Assembly (NCBI GenBank): GCA_963666275.2
Contig: CAXXOA010000002.1
Coordinates: forward strand, 1,344,001-1,408,000
Direction of reading: 5' to 3'
DNA from: Oceanispirochaeta sp.
GTDB taxonomy: Bacteria; Spirochaetota; Spirochaetia; DSM-2461
Length of the DNA stretch: 64,000 bases
The notes below the pieces were generated by a model. It had not been told where the DNA came from. It saw nothing but the letters and a program-made list of their open reading frames with translations, and did no database searches. Both the position numbers and the translations under genes were made by a program. This document shows, piece after piece, positions 18,844-29,060 of this stretch (positions within the stretch are counted from its first letter, which is position 1; each line of letters begins with the position of its first letter).

Positions 18844-19926
18844 ATGAAAGAGAATACGATCCTTGGCTGGTTCGGAGAAGATCCCCATGAAGCGGGAAGA
18901 AAACTGATGGAAGCATCCAGGCAGTGGGAGATCTGGGGTAAAGACGATCTCATCGGTCTGAAACCGAATCTCATCCTGGCTAGAGAGGCTTCTTCGGGAG
19001 CCACAACACATCCCGAGTTTGCTGCTGGCGTAATCGAGTTTCTGCAGGAGAAAGGATTCTCGAATCTGATGATCTTGGAGGGGTCCTGGGTGGGGGACAG
19101 AACTGAAAAAGCTTTCCGGGTCTGCGGTTATACAGCTCTCTCTGAAAAATACGGCATTCCCCTGGTGGATACCCAGAAGGATGAATCTGTCCTCTGTCAG
19201 GCAACAAATGGAGAATACAGGATTTGCCGGTCGGTCCTGGAGCTGGACCGGCTGATTAATATGCCTGTTCTGAAAGGACACTGCCAGACCTCTGTCACCT
19301 GTGCTCTTAAAAATCTCAAGGGCTGTATTCCCGATAGCGAGAAAAGACGATTTCATAGATTGGGACTCCATCAGCCCATCGCCGATCTGAATGAGATCCT
19401 CAGGCCGGATCTGATTCTGGTAGACGGGCTGGAGGGGGATCCTGATTTTGAAGAGGGTGGAAATCCTCTGAAAATGAATATCTTTCTGGCCGGTATTGAT
19501 CCGGTTCTAATGGACAGCTATGTGACCGGACTGCTGGGCCTCAGAACAGAACATGTTCCCTATATAGGCAAGGCTGCCGCCCTGGGAGTGGGAACGCCCT
19601 GGTCGGAGGATTCTGTCATTACCTATCTGAATAAAGGAGAGGGTGTGGCAGGGATTGAAAGGACAGCCCAGGCTGACCGTCTCGGCGGGTATATCCGCGA
19701 GAAGAGCGCCTGCAGCGCCTGTTATGCCTCCCTTATGCAGGCACTGAATATTCTTGAAGGAGAAGGACATCTTCCGTCAGAACCAGTTTTTATCGGTCAG
19801 GGGTACAGGGGACAGACTCCCCGGGGACTCGGTATCGGGGTCTGTCTGAGAGGCGCTTCCGCATCGGTACCAGGATGTCCTCCGAAAGTAGAGGATATTG
19901 TAGCTTTTTTACGAAATAACGGTTAA
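18844..19926 (+). CDS. DUF362-domain Fe-S protein
   Basis: 'KPNL', 'TTHP', 'LKGHCQT..ALKNLKG', C-terminal 'CSAC..GxC..GCPP'. Confidence 0.85.
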   Translation: MKENTILGWFGEDPHEAGRKLMEASRQWEIWGKDDLIGLKPNLILAREASSGATTHPEFAAGVIEFLQEKGFSNLMILEGSWVGDRTEKAFRVCGYTALSEKYGIPLVDTQKDESVLCQATNGEYRICRSVLELDRLINMPVLKGHCQTSVTCALKNLKGCIPDSEKRRFHRLGLHQPIADLNEILRPDLILVDGLEGDPDFEEGGNPLKMNIFLAGIDPVLMDSYVTGLLGLRTEHVPYIGKAAALGVGTPWSEDSVITYLNKGEGVAGIERTAQADRLGGYIREKSACSACYASLMQALNILEGEGHLPSEPVFIGQGYRGQTPRGLGIGVCLRGASASVPGCPPKVEDIVAFLRNNG

Positions 19927-19948
19927 TTAACAAAAAAAATATATTCTT

Positions 19949-20098
19949 TAACTTTTTTTTAATAATGACCGATGTATATTATAGACATAGTTTAACGAAA
20001 TTATTTCGGTCGGCCAGAGGTGATCATCAACGGATCCAAATAACACCGGCTGAGATTCTATAGACAAACCCCGGGACACTGAAGCGGGGTTTCTTTAT
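19949..20098 (+). ncRNA. Candidate sigma28-dependent small RNA (~110 nt) with terminator
   Basis: TAAC-N15-ACCGATGT at 19949-19975; hairpin TCGGCC..GGTG/CACC-GGCTGA; terminator-like AAACCCCG/CGGGGTTT at 20066-20092; no ORF between the convergent genes. Confidence 0.35.
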
Positions 20099-20126
20099 GC
20101 CCATTTGAAAAATCAGAATCCATGAA

Positions 20127-20522
20127 TCAGGTAATATTCCTCACAATCCAGAGGACCCGTTCCAGGGGCATCTCTTTTTTCTGTCTGAAGGGAATAATGG
20201 TGGAGTGGAATTTCTGCACTTCCTGTGGACCGTCGGGAGCTGCATTGAAGAAGTCGCTGTTTACCAGTTCGTACTCTTTTTCCATGATCGACTCACTCCG
20301 GATGACTTCATCTATCAGGGACTGGAAAAAGTCGGCTTTCTCCTTCTTTAAAACCTGGTGGTAACTTTTTCCTATCAGACGGCTGCCGTCGGCAAAGAGT
20401 TTCCTGTTGGTCCCTCCCAGAAGGGAGAGATACTCACCCTCTCTGCTCATGACAAAAACGATACTCCTGTCGGACTCCAGTTCTTCCAGGACCCTTTGCT
20501 GGTATTCCGGGGGCAGATCCAT
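20127..20522 (-). CDS. Small PAS-like domain protein
   Basis: 'VFVMSREGEYL..LIGKSYHQVL..VLWIVRNIT' PAS pattern; strong RBS AAAAGGAGG. Confidence 0.7.
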   Translation of the reverse strand: MDLPPEYQQRVLEELESDRSIVFVMSREGEYLSLLGGTNRKLFADGSRLIGKSYHQVLKKEKADFFQSLIDEVIRSESIMEKEYELVNSDFFNAAPDGPQEVQKFHSTIIPFRQKKEMPLERVLWIVRNIT

Positions 20523-20732
20523 AGTTCCTCCTTTTCAGTGCATAATAGAACAGTTGCAGAAACAGGTACCTGGACTCCCCGGCAATCAGTTCACGGTCAA
20601 ACCCCTGAACTCAAAACTTTCCTGTCTGCCATTGAGTTTCCGTCTACCTAATCTTCTTAAAAACAATTCTAAGCTCTTCGGGAAGGCAATTCAAAACTTC
20701 CCGGGAAATCAGGACATTACTGATTGCTCATT

Positions 20733-23054
20733 TCAGAACAGATCCAGCTGCCTTCCGTAGAATATTTCATCAAAATGGAGGCCCATGTAGGGGAGCACCG
20801 CTTCCGCCAGGGGGCGGAGCTGTTTTTCTATGTAGTGTTCATAATCTGGTACTGCTCCCTCTGCCGGAAGAGGACTGGGGCCCTCCAATGTCATTATATA
20901 CCGGATCTCCCGGATGTTTTTCCTTTTTTCCGGTGGCAGAAGCATGGCGGCTTTGACATGGGGAGGGATATGGGTGGTGTAGTTTTCCGGAGCCTTACTC
21001 AGGCCCTTCTTATAAACAAGCTCTTCATCCATACGGCCCTCTTTCAGATCTTCTACGAATTGTTTGATCCACTGGGCCGCATCCTCTTTGTGAAAGAAGT
21101 GACGGTACAGTTCGTACTGGAAGTTCCGGGCCAGTTCGGTCCAGTCGGAACGGACGTATTCCATACCTGTAAACTCCAGGGTATCCACTCCGCCTTTTCT
21201 CAGCATTCCGGCATAGCGTTTTCTGGCGCCGGTTTCGGTACCACGCAGGGGGGGGAGAAAGAAACTGCTGTAGTGCTTCTCGTACTCGATTTCAAGATGG
21301 GAGAAAACTCCCGACTCTTCGGTTATTTTCATCTCCATAAAATGGTTTATCTTCTCTGTGAGTCTGCGGCCCGACTCTTCGGGGTTCCGGATCTCCTGCT
21401 CCTTCAGGCAGACAAAAACCGAATCCGTATCGCCGTAGATCACCTTGTAACCTTCATTTTTCAGCCAGTTCACTGTCTGTTTGAGAACCCACTGCCCTGT
21501 TTCCGTGATGGCTTTGGGGAGGTGGGGATGGTAGAAGCGGCAGCCTGTTGTGCCCATGGCGCCGTAGAAGCTGTTCATCAGGATCTTTACAGCCTGGGCG
21601 AGCTGGGTGTTGTTCTGCTCTTTTGCCTCTTTCCTTTTTTCCATCAGATGGGTCAGAAACTCAGGCAGGATCGATTCGGTCCGGGAGAAGCTGTGTCCCG
21701 ATGGGGTGGTTATGGTATTCTCTCTGCGTTCCAGCAGGGCCAGAGGATCAATATGAAAGGTCAGAATCACCGTGGGATAGAGGCTTTTAAAGTCCAGAAC
21801 CGCCACATGGTCGTACCGGCCCGGTTCCTGGGAGAATACATAGCCTCCGGGGGCACTCTCTCCCTCGCTGATATCCGCCACATCCGGGGCCACATAGCCT
21901 TTCCGGTGAAGCCGGGGAAGATAGAAGTGATCAAAAGCCGCTATGGTTCTGTTCACCTGATCCAGAGGCAGCCCCGTCAGTTCCCGCCGGGCGCAGATAA
22001 GATCCAGCAGATTTGTTTTCTTTATGATATCACTGACAAGGCGGCAGTCTTCCAGATTGTACCGGGCCAGGGCGGCGGGATCTTCTTTGTAGCGCCGCTC
22101 GATTTCCGCCACCTTGTCTTCTTCGCTGGAGATATCCTTGCCCCGGTTCAGAACTTCCTGAGCCACAGTTTCGAGCTTGAAGTTTTCGAATTTGAAGAAG
22201 TTCTGCTTCATTGTCTGGAGGCTGTCTACTATCTGGCGGCCCCGGGTTTCGGCCGCATAGAATCCCCCCCGGTTCTCTTTGATCTTTAAAGGCTGGTCCT
22301 GCCGTCCCAGGTTGAAGGGGATGCCGTAATGAAGGAACCGTTCGCTCAGGAATTTCAGATCAAATCCGATCACATGCCAGCCTGTGATGACATCGGGGTC
22401 CCATTTCTTTATCCACAGGGCAAAGGCCTGCAGGGTTCCCTGTTCTCCCCGGCAGTACTGGATCTCTCCGTTTCCCCCGTTGTGATCAGAGTGGAGGAGA
22501 ACTTTTGAGAACTCTTCAATGATGCAGTTATACCCTGTGCCGTGCATGGCAATGGAGTAGACCTGTCCGTTCTGTCCCGTCTCTATATCCAGAGAGAGGA
22601 CCCGGAAGGCCGGCTCCTCCCTGGCCGCCTGCAGCTGGGGGTCGAAATAGACAGGCCCCTGGGGCGTCTGTCTGACCGGTCCTGTCCATTCTATGCCGCT
22701 GTTGATGAAGCGTTCCATCAGGTATCGGTCGGAAGGGTAGATATCCGATTCAAAAACCCTGAATCCCTTTGCTCTGAGGGTATCTCTGGCCTGATAGTAG
22801 TGATGGAGGCTTTCGAAATAGAGGGCATCCACGGCTTCCCCGTCAAAGGACGTCAGTTTTAAAGGGCGGCGTCCCAGGAACTCAATGCCATGGGGTGTCT
22901 GTTTTGAGGGAATAAAAAAGACGGGGTTGTTATCTGTAACAATAATGGTGAATGGGCCTTCCGGGCCGGTGCCGGATAGAATAATACGGTGCTTCCCGTT
23001 GCTGTCCTGGCTTTCGCAGGTTAGTACATACCCTCGATGCATAAAGCTCTCCAA
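20733..23054 (-). CDS. polB: DNA polymerase II (family B)
   Basis: Exo 'SLDIET'; polymerase motifs 'DFKSLYP', 'KILMNSFYG', 'YGDTDS'; C-terminal clamp-binding-like 'QLDLF'. Confidence 0.95.
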   Translation of the reverse strand: MESFMHRGYVLTCESQDSNGKHRIILSGTGPEGPFTIIVTDNNPVFFIPSKQTPHGIEFLGRRPLKLTSFDGEAVDALYFESLHHYYQARDTLRAKGFRVFESDIYPSDRYLMERFINSGIEWTGPVRQTPQGPVYFDPQLQAAREEPAFRVLSLDIETGQNGQVYSIAMHGTGYNCIIEEFSKVLLHSDHNGGNGEIQYCRGEQGTLQAFALWIKKWDPDVITGWHVIGFDLKFLSERFLHYGIPFNLGRQDQPLKIKENRGGFYAAETRGRQIVDSLQTMKQNFFKFENFKLETVAQEVLNRGKDISSEEDKVAEIERRYKEDPAALARYNLEDCRLVSDIIKKTNLLDLICARRELTGLPLDQVNRTIAAFDHFYLPRLHRKGYVAPDVADISEGESAPGGYVFSQEPGRYDHVAVLDFKSLYPTVILTFHIDPLALLERRENTITTPSGHSFSRTESILPEFLTHLMEKRKEAKEQNNTQLAQAVKILMNSFYGAMGTTGCRFYHPHLPKAITETGQWVLKQTVNWLKNEGYKVIYGDTDSVFVCLKEQEIRNPEESGRRLTEKINHFMEMKITEESGVFSHLEIEYEKHYSSFFLPPLRGTETGARKRYAGMLRKGGVDTLEFTGMEYVRSDWTELARNFQYELYRHFFHKEDAAQWIKQFVEDLKEGRMDEELVYKKGLSKAPENYTTHIPPHVKAAMLLPPEKRKNIREIRYIMTLEGPSPLPAEGAVPDYEHYIEKQLRPLAEAVLPYMGLHFDEIFYGRQLDLF

Positions 23055-23176
23055 TTCTGTATTTCGGACTTTTCCCGAAAATCCTTATGTATTCCCGATT
23101 ATATGGAATTTCCGCCAAATAAGCAAAAAACAGCCTATCTGGAGGATATCCTATACTTTCGGTACCAGAAAACAGG

Positions 23177-23222
23177 CCTCACACCCTTCTCCTTTGGGAG
23201 AGAGGGGCAGGGGGGAAAGGGC
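23177..23222. repeat. REP-like palindromic element
   Basis: CCCTTCTCC-TTT-GGGAGAGAGGGG hairpin with flanking CCTCAC / GGGGGAAAGGG in the polB-lnt intergenic region. Confidence 0.5.
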
Positions 23223-23350
23223 TTAGGAGATAAAAACAGAACGATCAGGCCTTTCCTCTCTTTCCGCTGTTTCTGCTGGAATATTACGGGTGGCCTTGGA
23301 GCCTGTTATGGAGTACAATCATCGGGTGAATTCTTTAGGGAGTTATACTC

Positions 23351-24946
23351 ATGCATCAATTTAATAGATTAAAACCCTGGCAGACCGAACTTCTGCTGCT
23401 CCTGTCGGGAGCTCTTCTCTTTGCCCTCTCTTTTCCCAGCTTTGCCTACCGGTGGGGTTTCGGATTTCTGGGATTTATAAGTCTGGTTCCCATGTTCCTT
23501 CTCATACGAAGAAGCGGATTCGGAAAGAGTGCTGTTTACGGTTTTCTTTACGGTTATATTGCCTATTCTCTCTTCAACTTCTGGCTGGCCAAATTCAACC
23601 CTGTCTCCTTTGTGGTTGTTCCCATGATCTATGCGGTCTATTTTCTGTTCTGGTTCCCTGTTTTTAAATGGGCCGACAGAACCTTTCCCCGCTGGGGATA
23701 CCTGGTACAGCTGATTTTCTGGCTGGCTTATGAGATCTTCCGGGTCCAGGGATTCCTGGGCTACTCCTACGGTATTCTGGGTTACTCCCAGTACAGGTTT
23801 ACCTCTCTGATCGGGATTGCCGATCTCACAGGAGTTCTGGGTGTTTCCTGTCTGGTGGTTTTTCCCTCCCTGTGGATCGCCCGGTTTCTCAGCTTCAGGA
23901 TCGAAGAGGGCGCCGGCTGGGCGGCACTCAAAAAAGCCCGGTTTCTGACTCTGCCCGCAGCTGTCTACATCCTTGTGTTTGCAGCCAGTCTGGGGTACAG
24001 CACTCTGAACAGGGTCGACTATACGGAGACCCCCGTCTGGAGGACCTCCCTGATCCAGCACGATATCAATGCCTGGCGTTCGGGCATGTCCGTGTACCGG
24101 GAGGCTCTGACAAAATTGAAAGAGGTTTCCCTGGATGCGATCAAAGAGGAGCCCGATACGGTTATCTGGTCGGAAACAGCCTTTGTCCCCAGTATAAGAT
24201 GGCACGATCGCCGGAGAGAAGAGCGGGACAAGTATGAACTGGTTCAGGATCTGAAAGATTTTCTGAGCCGTCAGGAAGCCTCTTTTATAATAGGAAACAA
24301 TGACATTGTCGAGATTGCAGGGGAGCGGGAAAGCTATAACGCTGTTCTGGTTTTTGACAAAGAGGAAATTGTAGATACCTACCATAAAATCCATCTGGTA
24401 CCCTTTGGAGAGCACTTCCCCTACGAAAAGCTGTTCCCCCGGTTCTATAAGTATATTCTCAATAACGGGGCCACTTTCTATATCCACGGGGATGAATACA
24501 CCATCTTCGATATGGGTAAAGCCAAGGCCTCTCCTCTGATCTGTTTTGAAGATACCTTCGGGTATCTGTCCCGGAATTTTGTCCGCCAGGGGGCTCAGGT
24601 CCTGGTCAATGTGACCAACGACTCCTGGTCTCCCGCCCAGGCCTGTTCCATTCAGCACGTGGGTATGGCCGTTTTCCGCAGCGTGGAAAACAGACGATCC
24701 ATGGTGCGGGCCACCAACGGCGGTTTTACCTGTCTCATCGATCCCAACGGAAAGATTGTAGACTGGCTGGAACCTTTTTCGGCGGATCATCTGACTGTGG
24801 ATGTCCCTGTGTATGATGAAAGGGAGACCCTCTACACGGCCACACCCTTTCTGTTTGACCGGTTTATAATGATCTCATCGGTATTGATGGGAGTTGTTAT
24901 GCTGATTCTGACAATTCTAAAGGCAAGGAGAGCGGGTAATGAGTAA
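23351..24946 (+). CDS. lnt: Apolipoprotein N-acyltransferase
   Basis: TM N-terminus plus nitrilase fold 'WSETA', 'YHKIHLVPFGE', 'LICFED', 'NVTNDSW'. Confidence 0.95.
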   Translation: MHQFNRLKPWQTELLLLLSGALLFALSFPSFAYRWGFGFLGFISLVPMFLLIRRSGFGKSAVYGFLYGYIAYSLFNFWLAKFNPVSFVVVPMIYAVYFLFWFPVFKWADRTFPRWGYLVQLIFWLAYEIFRVQGFLGYSYGILGYSQYRFTSLIGIADLTGVLGVSCLVVFPSLWIARFLSFRIEEGAGWAALKKARFLTLPAAVYILVFAASLGYSTLNRVDYTETPVWRTSLIQHDINAWRSGMSVYREALTKLKEVSLDAIKEEPDTVIWSETAFVPSIRWHDRRREERDKYELVQDLKDFLSRQEASFIIGNNDIVEIAGERESYNAVLVFDKEEIVDTYHKIHLVPFGEHFPYEKLFPRFYKYILNNGATFYIHGDEYTIFDMGKAKASPLICFEDTFGYLSRNFVRQGAQVLVNVTNDSWSPAQACSIQHVGMAVFRSVENRRSMVRATNGGFTCLIDPNGKIVDWLEPFSADHLTVDVPVYDERETLYTATPFLFDRFIMISSVLMGVVMLILTILKARRAGNE

Positions 24947-26381
24947 GATAGATAATGTTCTCAGATTTTTTGAAAAGATCAATGAAATTCCCCGGAAATC
25001 CCGGAATACAGGGCCTATTACTCAATTCCTGATGCAGTGGGCCCGGGAGCAGGGGTTTGAGGCGGAAAAGGATGAAACCGCCAATGTGCTTATCAGAGTT
25101 CCTGCCTCTCCGGGGTATGAAAACTCACCTGTGGTGATTCTTCAGGGGCATTCGGATATGGTGTGTGAAAAAACACCCGATTCGGATCACGATTTTTCCC
25201 GGGATCCTGTCAAATGCCTGATAGAAGGGGAGTGGATGCGGGGAGACAATACCTCCCTGGGGGCAGATAACGGCATTGCCCTGGCCCTGGCCATGGATAT
25301 CGCCACGGACCCCCTGGTAAAGCATCCTCCTCTTGAAATTCTGGTTACCTCGGATGAGGAGATCGGCCTGATCGGGGCCAATAACCTGAAAGAGGGATTT
25401 CTCAGCGGAAAGATCCTGATCAATATGGACTCGGAAGACGAGGGGGTTTTTACCATCGGCTGCGCCGGCGGGGCCGACAGCAAAATAGCCATACCCCTCT
25501 CTCTGGAGAAAGTCCCGGGAGACTATAGCTTTTATAGGATAACCATAGGCGGTCTTCTGGGCGGTCATTCCGGGATGGATATTGCTCTGAACCGGGGCAA
25601 CGCCCTGAAAATGGCGGGCAGGATTCTGTCTGACCTGTCGCTGCAGACGGATCTGCGTCTGGTTTCCCTGAACGGAGGAAGCGGCGCCTCCAATGCTATC
25701 TGCCGGGATGCATCTACGGTGATCGCCTTTCCCCAAGGGGAGGGAGAAAAAATCCGGGCTCTGGTAGAGCAGTGGGCTTCGGTTCTCAAAGACGAGATAA
25801 AAACAACAGAACCTGACCTGACTGTCTCCCTGAAAGAGGCAGCTGCGCAGGATTCTTCGCTGGATGCCGCTTCAAGGAATATGGTGCTGCAGGTCCTTCG
25901 CCTGATTCCCCACGGGATAGAAAAGTTTTCTTCCGATATTGAAAATCTGGTGGAAACTTCAAGCAATCTGGCCTGGATGAGTATTGAAAAAGAGTCTCTG
26001 CATATTCTGACGAGTCAGCGCAGTTCGGTCATGTCCGAGCTGAGGGATATGAACCTCCGCATGGAGGATCTGGCGGCTCTGGCGGGGGGAAGCTGTGAAA
26101 CTCTGAATAAATACCCCTCCTGGCAGCCTGATATGGACTCGCCCCTTCTGAAGAAAAGCGCTGATCTGTACAGAACGCTCATGGGAAGGGAACCTGTGAT
26201 CGAAGCGATCCATGCAGGACTGGAGTGCGGTCTGATCGGGGATAAATACCCGGGTATGGATATGATCTCTATCGGACCAACCATCAAGCATCCCCATACT
26301 CCTGAAGAGAGACTCCATGTGGCTTCTCTGGAGCCTTTTCGCGACTTCCTTGCGGCTTTGCTGGGGGAGCTGAAAGGATAG
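24939..26381 (+). CDS. pepD: Aminoacyl-histidine dipeptidase (M20)
   Basis: 'LQGHSDMVCEK', 'LGADNGI', 'DEEIGL', 'IHAGLECG'. Confidence 0.93.
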   Translation: MSKIDNVLRFFEKINEIPRKSRNTGPITQFLMQWAREQGFEAEKDETANVLIRVPASPGYENSPVVILQGHSDMVCEKTPDSDHDFSRDPVKCLIEGEWMRGDNTSLGADNGIALALAMDIATDPLVKHPPLEILVTSDEEIGLIGANNLKEGFLSGKILINMDSEDEGVFTIGCAGGADSKIAIPLSLEKVPGDYSFYRITIGGLLGGHSGMDIALNRGNALKMAGRILSDLSLQTDLRLVSLNGGSGASNAICRDASTVIAFPQGEGEKIRALVEQWASVLKDEIKTTEPDLTVSLKEAAAQDSSLDAASRNMVLQVLRLIPHGIEKFSSDIENLVETSSNLAWMSIEKESLHILTSQRSSVMSELRDMNLRMEDLAALAGGSCETLNKYPSWQPDMDSPLLKKSADLYRTLMGREPVIEAIHAGLECGLIGDKYPGMDMISIGPTIKHPHTPEERLHVASLEPFRDFLAALLGELKG

Positions 26382-26583
26382 GGATCCATCATCTCTATAA
26401 GAGGAGAGATCCTGAAGATAGAATATCACCAAGATCTCTTCTTAAGTCCCTTTTTCACTCACGGAAACAGCCTGAGATGAGATAAAGGACTTCTTTCAAT
26501 CGTTTAAAAGATTTTATAGGGAGAATTGAACCGGTGATTCAAAAAGAGTCTGATTTAATGCAGATTTTCTATAATTTTCCGGC

Positions 26584-27561
26584 TTACTCTTCCGGATAGA
26601 CAAGTTCGGGGGGGTGGGTCAGGCGGATCTCGCCTTCTCCGGTTTTTATCAGTTCAATCAGAGCCCGGGAGGCATCGGTGTAGATATTCTCTATGCCTAT
26701 ATTCAAGGTGGCGGGCTTCTCTTCCAGCACCTGAAGTTCCGTGCTGTTGTCATAGCCTATGAGGGGGAAATCCTCCTGCAGAACTGTCCCGCTTTTGTAC
26801 ATCTGGGTGACTGTCTGCACCAGGAACATATCGTTCACAAAGGAAATTCCGTCAATTCTATTCTGATCAATCAGTTCCTGAAGCTGCCTGGTTCTCTCTT
26901 CCGGGTTCTCCGAATTGATGACCAGGGCATCGGGGTACACCGTGAGAAATCCCTTCTGTCTCAGAGGGTGGGAAAAAGGATCCTCTTCATCCATTATGTA
27001 CACCGGGTGTTCGGATCCCCGGCTTTTCAGATATTCCCCCTGGAGTTCTCCCCCTTTTTCATTGTCAGTGGCGGAAAAATTGCAGTTTTCCAGATGGATT
27101 GCCCTGTGACAGATCACATAGGGGATCTCCCAGGATTTGATATACCCCGCCTCTTCGGGGGTGACAAAGTCAAAAATCAGGACACCGTCGCAATGGGAGC
27201 GGATCTCTTTCTCTTTGATGGCATAGAGGGAGTTTACCTGCTTCACTTCAAAAAAGTAGGGCTGATCTTCAAAATAGCTTGTCAGTGCCAGAACGGCTTC
27301 CGAGAATATCCAGTAATTCCTTTTCACATTGGTCCAGTAGTGTCCGTCTTCTCTTTTCACATAGATCAGAAGGATCGTATTGGTCCCTTTTTTGCGGAGA
27401 GCGCTGGCATTCTTGTCCAGTTTGTACCCCAGGGATTCGGCGGCTTCCATGATTTTCTGCCGTGTGGCGGGGGAGACTTTTTCGGGGCGGCTGAAGGCCC
27501 TGGAAACAGTCGCCTGAGAAACGCCTACTACTTTGGCAATCGTATAGCTGTCAACTTTCAT
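26584..27561 (-). CDS. LacI-family transcriptional regulator
   Basis: 'IAKVVGVSQATVSRA' HTH; divergent from the ABC operon. Confidence 0.9.
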   Translation of the reverse strand: MKVDSYTIAKVVGVSQATVSRAFSRPEKVSPATRQKIMEAAESLGYKLDKNASALRKKGTNTILLIYVKREDGHYWTNVKRNYWIFSEAVLALTSYFEDQPYFFEVKQVNSLYAIKEKEIRSHCDGVLIFDFVTPEEAGYIKSWEIPYVICHRAIHLENCNFSATDNEKGGELQGEYLKSRGSEHPVYIMDEEDPFSHPLRQKGFLTVYPDALVINSENPEERTRQLQELIDQNRIDGISFVNDMFLVQTVTQMYKSGTVLQEDFPLIGYDNSTELQVLEEKPATLNIGIENIYTDASRALIELIKTGEGEIRLTHPPELVYPEE

Positions 27562-27575
27562 AATCTATCCATATA

Positions 27576-27701
27576 ATACATTCGTATACATTGTTTTTGT
27601 CTGCTGCTTTTCAAAATTAGCATGGTTAAGCACTAAAATCAAATAAATAGGAATTTTCTTGACAAAAAAATCGCCATGCCACAGAATGTATTCGAATGCA
27701 T
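27576..27701. promoter_or_regulatory. Divergent promoter region with two LacI-type operators
   Basis: ATACATTCGTATACAT at 27576-27591 and ATGTATTCGAATGCAT at 27686-27701; TTGACA(27659)-17 nt-CAGAAT(27682). Confidence 0.7.
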
Positions 27702-27725
27702 TATAGACAAATAAAGGAGTCTAAC

Positions 27726-28997
27726 GTGAAAAAAATTATCTCTCTCATCCTGACCGGGCTGATGGCATTCTCTCTCTTTTCAGCAGGTCAGCAGGAAAAG
27801 GCGGACAGTGGCGAAATCACATTAACTTTTGCCAGTTGGAGTATTCAGGAAAAAAACTTCCAGGACTATTTTACACAGTTGAAAAATGATTTTGAAGCGG
27901 CCAACCCGGGAATCAGGGTAGAGTTCAGCGGTTATCCCTACGGGGAACTGAAAAAGCAGGTTCTCATAATGGCCAATGCCGGGCAGGCTCCGGATATTAT
28001 CCAGTGTGAGCGTTCCTGGTATTCCGGTTTTGTGGGAGGCGGGTATGTGGCTGAGCTCGATTCCGTTCTGGGAGCCGACTATATGGCTGAGATTTATCCT
28101 GAAATTCTGGCAGATATGAAAGTAGACGGCAAAGCCTACGGTGTTCCCTGGATTGCCAGCCCCTTTGTCCTTTTCTACAATAAAGATCTCTTCGCCCAGG
28201 CTGGTCTGGATCCGGATACACCCCCGGCTACCTACGAAGAGGCAATGGAATTCGCTGCAAAGATCAGCCAGCTGAAAGATGCTGACGGCAATACCGTTTA
28301 CGGTCTGGGACAGACTACCGGTGCCGTTCCTGTCAGCGGAGGCGCTGTGCTCAGCATGTTCTTCAGCTACGGCGGCGGCATTGTAGATGAAAAAGGCAAT
28401 GTCAGTGTTATCAACAGCGGAAATAAAGCGGCTCTGGAGGATCTGAAAAAGATGCATCAGGCAGGATTCAACCCTGAAGGCGCCAAACTCAAAGATCTGC
28501 GGAACCTGATGGCTATCGGCCGGATGGGCATGTATTTTGATCAGCTCTGGGGTATCGGCGGTGCTTATGCGATCAATCCGGACCTCCGGGGTAAAGTGGG
28601 AGTTTCCACACCTCTCAGCGGTGCCGGAGCTCCTGCAGGATCCACTCTGGAAGCCCATCTCCTTATGATCAGCGAAGATTCGGAGCATAAAGAAGCGGCA
28701 GCAAAATTCCTGAAGTTCGCCACAAGTACCGAACAGATGAGCAAGTATTCCCAGCTGGCTCCTTTTCTCTTTCCCATGGTCAGCCAGGTGGAGGGAACTG
28801 CCGGATACAAAACCAGAGAGGACATAGAGCCTGTTCTGAACTATCCTGAAACTATCCGTTCCGTACCCAAGCATTCGGAAATGGAAAATGTGTTCCTGGC
28901 TCTGACTACAGCCGCACAGTCTGTTACTGTCGGAGGAATGACCTCCGATGAGGCACTGGCAAATCTTGACAAAGAGTTGAAAGCGCTCCTGCAATAG
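27726..28997 (+). CDS. Carbohydrate ABC transporter substrate-binding protein
   Basis: GTG start at 27726 after AAGGAG; 'APDII', 'YGVPW..LFYNKDLF'. Confidence 0.9.
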   Translation: MKKIISLILTGLMAFSLFSAGQQEKADSGEITLTFASWSIQEKNFQDYFTQLKNDFEAANPGIRVEFSGYPYGELKKQVLIMANAGQAPDIIQCERSWYSGFVGGGYVAELDSVLGADYMAEIYPEILADMKVDGKAYGVPWIASPFVLFYNKDLFAQAGLDPDTPPATYEEAMEFAAKISQLKDADGNTVYGLGQTTGAVPVSGGAVLSMFFSYGGGIVDEKGNVSVINSGNKAALEDLKKMHQAGFNPEGAKLKDLRNLMAIGRMGMYFDQLWGIGGAYAINPDLRGKVGVSTPLSGAGAPAGSTLEAHLLMISEDSEHKEAAAKFLKFATSTEQMSKYSQLAPFLFPMVSQVEGTAGYKTREDIEPVLNYPETIRSVPKHSEMENVFLALTTAAQSVTVGGMTSDEALANLDKELKALLQ

Positions 28998-29007
28998 GAG
29001 ATATATC

Positions 29008-29035
29008 CTGCTTCCTGAGCTATCTCGGGAAGCAG
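29008..29035 (+). terminator. Intercistronic stem-loop after the SBP gene (mRNA stabiliser or partial terminator)
   Basis: CTGCTTCCTGAG-CTAT-CTCGGGAAGCAG followed by AGTTTTT. Confidence 0.6.
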
Positions 29036-29060
29036 AGTTTTTAAAAAAAATGGGAATCCT

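Noticed and set aside
20523..20732. Possible c-di-GMP or other riboswitch in the leader of the PAS gene (minus strand)
   Set aside because: Some pairing exists (AACTCAA/TTGAGTT), but I could not place the conserved c-di-GMP-I or -II core motifs; an Infernal search would be needed.
20724..22289. 521-aa + strand ORF
   Set aside because: Antisense shadow of polB with no recognisable motifs.
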